From positions 1 through 40,823 of IMG/VR virus record IMGVR_UViG_3300020042_005535: 40,823 nt of DNA; one strand, 5' to 3'. The translations under genes were made by a program, and so were the position numbers. The notes beneath the pieces are model-generated. The model worked only from the letters and a program-made list of their open reading frames with translations. It was not told the origin of the DNA and did no database searches. Below, in pieces: positions 36,081-40,823 of the stretch. Each line of letters begins with the position of its first letter. Position 1 is the stretch's first letter. This DNA is from a virus (Duplodnaviria > Caudoviricetes).

Positions 36081-38298
36081 TCTCTCCTCCGTGCTCAACA
36101 GCGGAGTCCCGCTCTCTGAGCTTCTCGCTGCTGCTGAAGTCAAGCCGCAAGACCTCGCCAACGAGGCGAACAAGCAGCGCCTCGCCACCTGGTCGATGAG
36201 CCAGCTCGTGAAGTTCACGAAGAAGGCCAACACCATCGCGAAGGCAGACGCTATGGCCGAGTGGGCCAGCATCTGCACGCCGCGCTTTCTGCTCGGCCTC
36301 GGTGCGCAGTGGACCATCGACAAGGAAGTGGTCAACCGCGAGGTATTCATCCTCGCTCAGCAGCCGGGCTGGCGCCGCTGGGCAGAGAGCCTCACCAAGA
36401 TGGTGCGTGGCGAGTCCGGTCGCATCAGCAGTGGGAAGAAGAAGGCGTCCCGCCTCATCCCCTTGGCCGAGCGCCTCGCGGACTCCCTCGGTGAGCTTGC
36501 GGAAGAGCTTGGCCTTCCCGACGACATCGTCTGCCCGGTCGGCTTCCGCGTGGATGCCGGCGGCGTGTGGCAGATCGCTACGGACGACGACGGGAACGAG
36601 CGCACCACGAACCTCTGCCGCGTGCCCATCCTCATCACCGGTCTGCTGCGTGACGTAGAGGGCAACGGCTCGAGCGTGCTGCTCCGCTGGCGGGCTCGCG
36701 GTCGCTGGCACCAGCACGTCTGCGGTCGCAAGGATGTCCTCGTCAGCCGTCTCCTCGCGGACCTCTCAGCGTTCGACGTACCGGTCAGCAGCTCGTCTGC
36801 CGCCGGCCTCGTGTCGTGGTTCGAAGCGTTCATCATCGCGAACGAGGCGACCCTCCCCTACGCCAACACCGTCGCGCACATGGGATGGAACGAGCATGGC
36901 TTTCAGTGGGGTACGAACCTCATCAGCCGTGACGGTACGCTCATGGCAGATCCTGAGACGGGTTCGTGGGACGCTGCGCCCATCCATCTCGACATGGCGA
37001 AGCCTGGCCTGATCCAGATGGCGAAGGGATACGGCACCAGCGGTACGTGGGAAGAGTGGTGCGCTGTCGTGAGCCGGCTGCGCCACCACCCACGCTTCGG
37101 GCTCGCGCTCCTCGCCTCGATCGCTCCATGCGTGCTGAAGATCCTGCCAGAGGCGCCTAACTTCTGCCTCGACTTCGCTGGTGAGACGAGCAAGGGCAAG
37201 ACCACAGCGCTGCGTCTGGCTGCATCGGCCTGGGGCTCCCCCAGCGAGCGCGACAACGGGCTGGTGTGGTCGTGGGACGCCACGCAGACGTGGATCGAGC
37301 GTGCCGCATCGTTCGTGTGCGACCTGCCGCTCATCCTCGATGACAGCAAGCGCGCCAAGGTCGAGCGCGTGAGCAGCATCGTGTACTCGGTGGCGCAGGG
37401 CATGGGTCGAGGGCGGGCTACCGTGCAGGGGCTACAGGTGCAGACGCACTGGCGCACCGTGCTGCTCTCGACGGGCGAGGCACCGCTCACCCACTACGCT
37501 ACCGAAGGTGGGGCGAGCGCCCGCATCCTTTCGGTGTGGGGATCGCCGTTCTCCAAGCACGAGGCGCAGACGCACGGTGAGCTTGCACGGCTCACCAGCC
37601 GGGACACCTACCGTTACTACGGGCACCTCGGTCCTCGCTGCGTGGCGATGCTCCACGATCCTGCGGTGCAGTCTGCCATGCGTGAGCTGTACGATCGCTC
37701 GGTCGAGGAATACTCGGCCATGCTATCTACGCACCCGGTAGGTCCGCGCATCGCGCAGTACCTCGGCGTGCTGGCCTGTGCCGAGTGGCTCTACGTCCGC
37801 ACCGGGGCTCCGCAGTTCGTGCGCAGCATCATTGCTGAAGCGTATGGTGCGGTGTCCTCGAGCGCTGTGCTGGCTGACCGTGCCACCGCGGCCATGCACG
37901 ACGTGATCGCGTGGGTAGCCTCGTCCCAGAGTCACTTCCTCGGTGCGCCTGGCGTGGACTCGAAGAGCCCGCCGCATGCTGGGTGGGCAGGTAAGTGGAT
38001 CGGTGGGGACATGTGGGACAAGCTCGCTGTGGTCCCTGACCGTCTCCGCGATAAGCTCACGACCCTCGGCTACGATCATGCCGCGATCATCTCGACGTGG
38101 AAGGAACGTGGATGGACGCACAGCGCTGACTCCAGCGTGGCTGTGCCTACGTCATTCAATGGCGCCACCGTGCGCATGGTCGTGATCGCTCGCCGCGGAA
38201 AGGACGAGGCTGAGCAGCGTGCGAAGATGAACATCCTCGGCCAGGTGGGCGAGATCGTCAGCGAGATCCTCGAGGCGAAGCAAGAGGTGCTGTGGTAG
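36067..38298 (+). CDS. DUF927-family replicative helicase/ATPase
   Basis: MGW motif, Walker A GETSKGKT, Walker B LILDD, GRGRA, LSTGE and YGH. Confidence 0.88.
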   Translation: MSSPDLSSVLNSGVPLSELLAAAEVKPQDLANEANKQRLATWSMSQLVKFTKKANTIAKADAMAEWASICTPRFLLGLGAQWTIDKEVVNREVFILAQQPGWRRWAESLTKMVRGESGRISSGKKKASRLIPLAERLADSLGELAEELGLPDDIVCPVGFRVDAGGVWQIATDDDGNERTTNLCRVPILITGLLRDVEGNGSSVLLRWRARGRWHQHVCGRKDVLVSRLLADLSAFDVPVSSSSAAGLVSWFEAFIIANEATLPYANTVAHMGWNEHGFQWGTNLISRDGTLMADPETGSWDAAPIHLDMAKPGLIQMAKGYGTSGTWEEWCAVVSRLRHHPRFGLALLASIAPCVLKILPEAPNFCLDFAGETSKGKTTALRLAASAWGSPSERDNGLVWSWDATQTWIERAASFVCDLPLILDDSKRAKVERVSSIVYSVAQGMGRGRATVQGLQVQTHWRTVLLSTGEAPLTHYATEGGASARILSVWGSPFSKHEAQTHGELARLTSRDTYRYYGHLGPRCVAMLHDPAVQSAMRELYDRSVEEYSAMLSTHPVGPRIAQYLGVLACAEWLYVRTGAPQFVRSIIAEAYGAVSSSAVLADRATAAMHDVIAWVASSQSHFLGAPGVDSKSPPHAGWAGKWIGGDMWDKLAVVPDRLRDKLTTLGYDHAAIISTWKERGWTHSADSSVAVPTSFNGATVRMVVIARRGKDEAEQRAKMNILGQVGEIVSEILEAKQEVLW

Positions 38299-38332
38299 GT
38301 TGACCTCGTCCGAGTTCTGACCTGCGCTACGG

Positions 38333-38376
38333 ACGAAACCCCCATCTAGCAATGGTGCTAGGTGGGGGTCTTCCGT
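38333..38376. terminator. Terminator hairpin between convergent operons
   Basis: ACCCCCATCTAGC-AATGGT-GCTAGGTGGGGGT; TTTCGT follows on the minus strand. Confidence 0.75.
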
Positions 38377-38394
38377 TGAACGTGTAAGAGATGC

Positions 38395-38499
38395 TTACTT
38401 GTTGATGATCGCTCGAATGATGCAGACCATGACGCGCGAGAACAGTTGAACCAGAGCGCCCGCCAGCAGCACGATGCACGCGACGATCAGCCATGCCAT
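38395..38499 (-). CDS. Small hydrophobic (membrane) peptide, 34 aa
   Basis: TGATG coupling to the upstream stop; one transmembrane segment. Confidence 0.5.
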   Translation of the reverse strand: MAWLIVACIVLLAGALVQLFSRVMVCIIRAIINK

Positions 38500-38870
38500 C
38501 AAGGATGGACCGTTGCGCCGATGCGCTTGTGCGGGCGTGTGCCCTGATGCGGGAACGCTTTGTACTCCAGCCCGTTCTTGCGTGCCCAGTACGTCACGAG
38601 GTCGCGTAGCCGGTCGCCCGACATGTCGAACCTGCATTCATGCGCCACCTCGTTCCAGGTGAAGGCGCCCGTGTTCCACACCGCGAGCGCCTCGTCGTAC
38701 TCCTCGCGCAGTGCGTACTCAGGTGGCGGGCACCCGTAGTCCTTCAGGACTCGTCCCACCGTCTTGCTGGAGATCCCCTCACGTCGAGCAATAGAGGCGA
38801 TGCTGACCCCGTCCATGCGCTCCATGATCCAGAGCAGCACGAGGAGCGGGTCGATCTCGCTCCGCTTCAT
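38499..38870 (-). CDS. HTH DNA-binding protein
   Basis: GVSIASIARREGISSKTVGRVL and a second HTH-like segment (TWNEVAHEC). Confidence 0.75.
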   Translation of the reverse strand: MKRSEIDPLLVLLWIMERMDGVSIASIARREGISSKTVGRVLKDYGCPPPEYALREEYDEALAVWNTGAFTWNEVAHECRFDMSGDRLRDLVTYWARKNGLEYKAFPHQGTRPHKRIGATVHP

Positions 38871-39094
38871 GTCCTACCTTCCTTCACCATCTGGTCGAGG
38901 TCGTCGCTCGACAGCTCGATGGTGTGCCATGCATGACCATCGGTGCATACGCGACGGCGCACGACGATGTCGGACGTGTACCAAGTAGCCGACTCAGACG
39001 CTCGCTTGATCTCCCCGATCCAGGTTCGCGGCGCGCTGCCTGGGTGGCGTGTATCGGTCACGCGGGATGGGTTCCCGCAGCGGGTGCAGTTCAT
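38867..39094 (-). CDS. NrdR-N-like zinc-ribbon protein
   Basis: CTRCG..SRVTDTR...RRRVC..GH.W.TIE. Confidence 0.75.
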   Translation of the reverse strand: MNCTRCGNPSRVTDTRHPGSAPRTWIGEIKRASESATWYTSDIVVRRRVCTDGHAWHTIELSSDDLDQMVKEGRT

Positions 39095-39333
39095 CGGTCC
39101 TCCTTGCACTCTGCCTTTTCGAGCATCGCGTCAATCTCGCGCTCGTACTCTGCCTCCGCGGCCACATACGTGTCTTGGCACGCTACCGAGCAGAAGTCCG
39201 GTGCATCAACGCAGACAGGCTCTCCTTCTTCGTTGCTGTTGTTGCATCCGCATTGCGGACATACTTCAGGACGGTCATCGTCGTATGGAGTTCCGCTGCA
39301 CCCAGCAGGGTAACTCCAGCCAAAGATGCTCAT
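39091..39333 (-). CDS. Small Cys-rich protein
   Basis: FGWSYPAGC, CPQCG and FCSVAC; ATGA overlaps. Confidence 0.75.
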   Translation of the reverse strand: MSIFGWSYPAGCSGTPYDDDRPEVCPQCGCNNSNEEGEPVCVDAPDFCSVACQDTYVAAEAEYEREIDAMLEKAECKEDR

Positions 39334-39644
39334 GGCTCCTCCTCGCGGCGGTGCTCGCCGCGTTCGATGGCGCTAGCATGTTCGTACAACGCGGCGTCAA
39401 GGCACGTAGTGCACTCGCACCAATCCGGATCACCGCGCAGAAACGCCACCACGGCGGCGCGCTCGCGTCTCTCCCCCGCTGCGAGGCCCATGTCGAACGC
39501 ACGCGAGAAGTCCTCGTTGCTCAGGATGCGCTGCGCTCGGAGCCGCTTCAGCTCTTCGATGAGTTCGCGCACTGCGGGTGATGTATACAGGCCATGCGCC
39601 TCGTTCTCGGCGATCCGCTCCTCGAGGTCCTTTAGGTCGGTCAT
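39330..39644 (-). CDS. Small phage protein, ERAAVVA...IERGEH family, copy 1
   Basis: GGAGG RBS and ATGA overlaps. Confidence 0.8.
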   Translation of the reverse strand: MTDLKDLEERIAENEAHGLYTSPAVRELIEELKRLRAQRILSNEDFSRAFDMGLAAGERRERAAVVAFLRGDPDWCECTTCLDAALYEHASAIERGEHRREEEP

Positions 39645-39677
39645 GACTCCTCCTTGCGGTGCTCGCCGCGTTCGATG
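39348..39677. repeat. 22-bp direct repeat (39348-39369 and 39656-39677)
   Basis: GCGGTGCTCGCCGCGTTCGATG at the 3' ends of two adjacent paralogs. Confidence 0.9.
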
Positions 39678-39973
39678 ATGTCTCGCATCTGCCGCACTCG
39701 AAGCGTCCCCATCAGCAGGTCATGCGCTTCGGCAATCTCCAGCTCGCGGTCAAGCAGAGCGAGGACGGATGCGCGCTCCTTCTGTGCGTCGAGGGCGTTG
39801 AGGTTCTCCGCATGCGCGGCCTCCTCTGCCCATCGGCGCATGGTGTGGACCTCCTCGCGCAGCCGCTCGACCTCTGCCACGAGGGCGTTGAAGTCTTCAG
39901 CACGCACAGCAAGGTAGTGTCCTTGCGACAGTGGAACAGCGCGTTCAACGATCTCCTCAAGGTTGATGCTCAA
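39641..39973 (-). CDS. Small phage protein, ERASVLA...IERGEH family, copy 2
   Basis: GGAGG RBS; TTG start overlaps the upstream stop. Confidence 0.75.
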   Translation of the reverse strand: MSINLEEIVERAVPLSQGHYLAVRAEDFNALVAEVERLREEVHTMRRWAEEAAHAENLNALDAQKERASVLALLDRELEIAEAHDLLMGTLRVRQMRDIIERGEHRKEES

Positions 39974-40041
39974 GGCCACCTCCCCAGACGACGCGCGAGC
40001 GCCGTCAGCCTGTCGAGCACCCACATGATCAGCTCACTCAT
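39970..40041 (-). CDS. Possible 23-aa peptide
   Basis: GGAG RBS; fills the gap and overlaps both neighbours. Confidence 0.4.
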   Translation of the reverse strand: MSELIMWVLDRLTALARRLGRWP

Positions 40042-40279
40042 GGATGCTCCCCGCGCGGATGCCGGCGCGCACGGCTGCGTACTGTGCCTGATCGAGAGTG
40101 TGCTCCACCCCTTCCTCGTTGTCGAAGCCGGTGAGCCCGACGTAGGTCCACCTGTACTGACCGGCGGGTGTCTCAATGACCTCGAGGAGGGTGCCGTCGA
40201 GTAAACTCACGAACCATGCCGGCGCGAGCGAGGCCGCAGCAGATGCACGCCAGGTGAGCGTCTGCACCACCGGGGTCAT
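40034..40279 (-). CDS. Hypothetical protein, 81 aa
   Basis: GAGG RBS and ATGA overlap. Confidence 0.65.
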   Translation of the reverse strand: MTPVVQTLTWRASAAASLAPAWFVSLLDGTLLEVIETPAGQYRWTYVGLTGFDNEEGVEHTLDQAQYAAVRAGIRAGSIHE

Positions 40280-40482
40280 GCCACACCTCGTGCGCGCTCG
40301 AGGGCGACCATGCGCACCCACGAGGACATCGCCACACCAGCGTGCGCGGCAGCGGCCACGATCTCAGAGCGCTCCACGTCCGTCAGCATCACGTTCATCT
40401 GGTGCGGGCGCTCGCGGTTCTGGCTCCACTGTCCCTGCGTCTTGCTCTTCTCGATCACTGTGTCTTTCGGTGCGCGCGGCAT
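40276..40482 (-). CDS. Ribbon-helix-helix (MobC/Arc-like) DNA-binding protein
   Basis: QMNVMLTDVERSEIVAAAAHAGVAMSSWVR. Confidence 0.75.
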   Translation of the reverse strand: MPRAPKDTVIEKSKTQGQWSQNRERPHQMNVMLTDVERSEIVAAAAHAGVAMSSWVRMVALERARGVA

Positions 40483-40697
40483 TAGGCTTCTCCATCTGCT
40501 GACAGGTTGCACAGCTTGTCTGCTGCCTCTTCAAGCATCACGATCGCCGTATTGGCGTCCGCTTCCTCGTCGTCGAGCATCAACAGCGCGTACAGGATCA
40601 GTCCGCGCGCGATGTTGAGGTCTGTGGTATCGCCTGGTCGCGTGCTGAACGTGATGCGGTGCTTCCGCACCGTCGTGTTTACGTTGTCGTAGGGCAT
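40482..40697 (-). CDS. Hypothetical protein, 71 aa
   Basis: AAGGAGG RBS; TAATG coupling to the next gene. Confidence 0.7.
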   Translation of the reverse strand: MPYDNVNTTVRKHRITFSTRPGDTTDLNIARGLILYALLMLDDEEADANTAIVMLEEAADKLCNLSADGEA

Positions 40698-40823
40698 GGC
40701 CCCTCCTTCCGGTGGTAGTAGACCGGCTCACACCACGCGGGAGCGCGTCCCACGTGGCATGCGTCGGGCTGCTAGCCGGCCTCGATAGCCCCGTGCCCCT
40801 GCTCGTCGCGCCAGCCCGGCATG

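Noticed and set aside
38300-38376. Hammerhead-like pattern (GTCCG...CGGAC-GAAA-C stem...GTC)
   Set aside because: The CUGANGA core is missing (TTGACCTC instead) and there is no stem I; a terminator between convergent operons explains it.
40731-40760. Hairpin near the right end
   Set aside because: The stem is real but has no U-tract and its context is truncated, so no function can be supported.
1-40823. Alternative genetic code or terminal repeats
   Set aside because: Genes are intact and tightly packed under code 11 and use all three stops; the two ends share no visible repeat, and the right end appears to cut an ORF.

Overview
This window is most of a high-GC, podovirus-like tailed phage genome; no host genes are visible and the right edge appears to cut a gene. 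A ~26 kb minus-strand virion operon (26164->292) runs: conserved orphan protein, TerL, portal, FmdB-like Zn ribbon, scaffold, major capsid, cement, adaptor, nozzle, tail proteins, three ejection proteins (203, 831 and 2780 aa), a second orphan protein and a TerS-like HTH protein. A divergent plus-strand module (26282-30646) carries tail-fibre genes and lysis genes, including a GH46 chitosanase-like endolysin. A minus-strand recombination module follows (ERF, SSB, Gp157-like, Xis-like). Next is a plus-strand replication module (lipoprotein, C5 methyltransferase, RuvC-like resolvase, TOPRIM primase, DUF927 helicase), then a cluster of small minus-strand genes. No integrase, DNA or RNA polymerase, tRNA, CRISPR array or reverse transcriptase was seen. 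The strongest leads are: (1) a second, RBS-equipped gene nested in the +1 frame of the methyltransferase; (2) a 31-codon ORF, coupled at both ends, that reads through an intrinsic terminator just before primase-helicase; (3) related structured 5' leaders in front of two structural genes; (4) an RBS-occluding hairpin and an apparently inserted cargo domain in the giant ejection protein; (5) two stand-alone orphan domains bracketing the virion operon. All product calls come from motif recognition and gene order, not from database searches.
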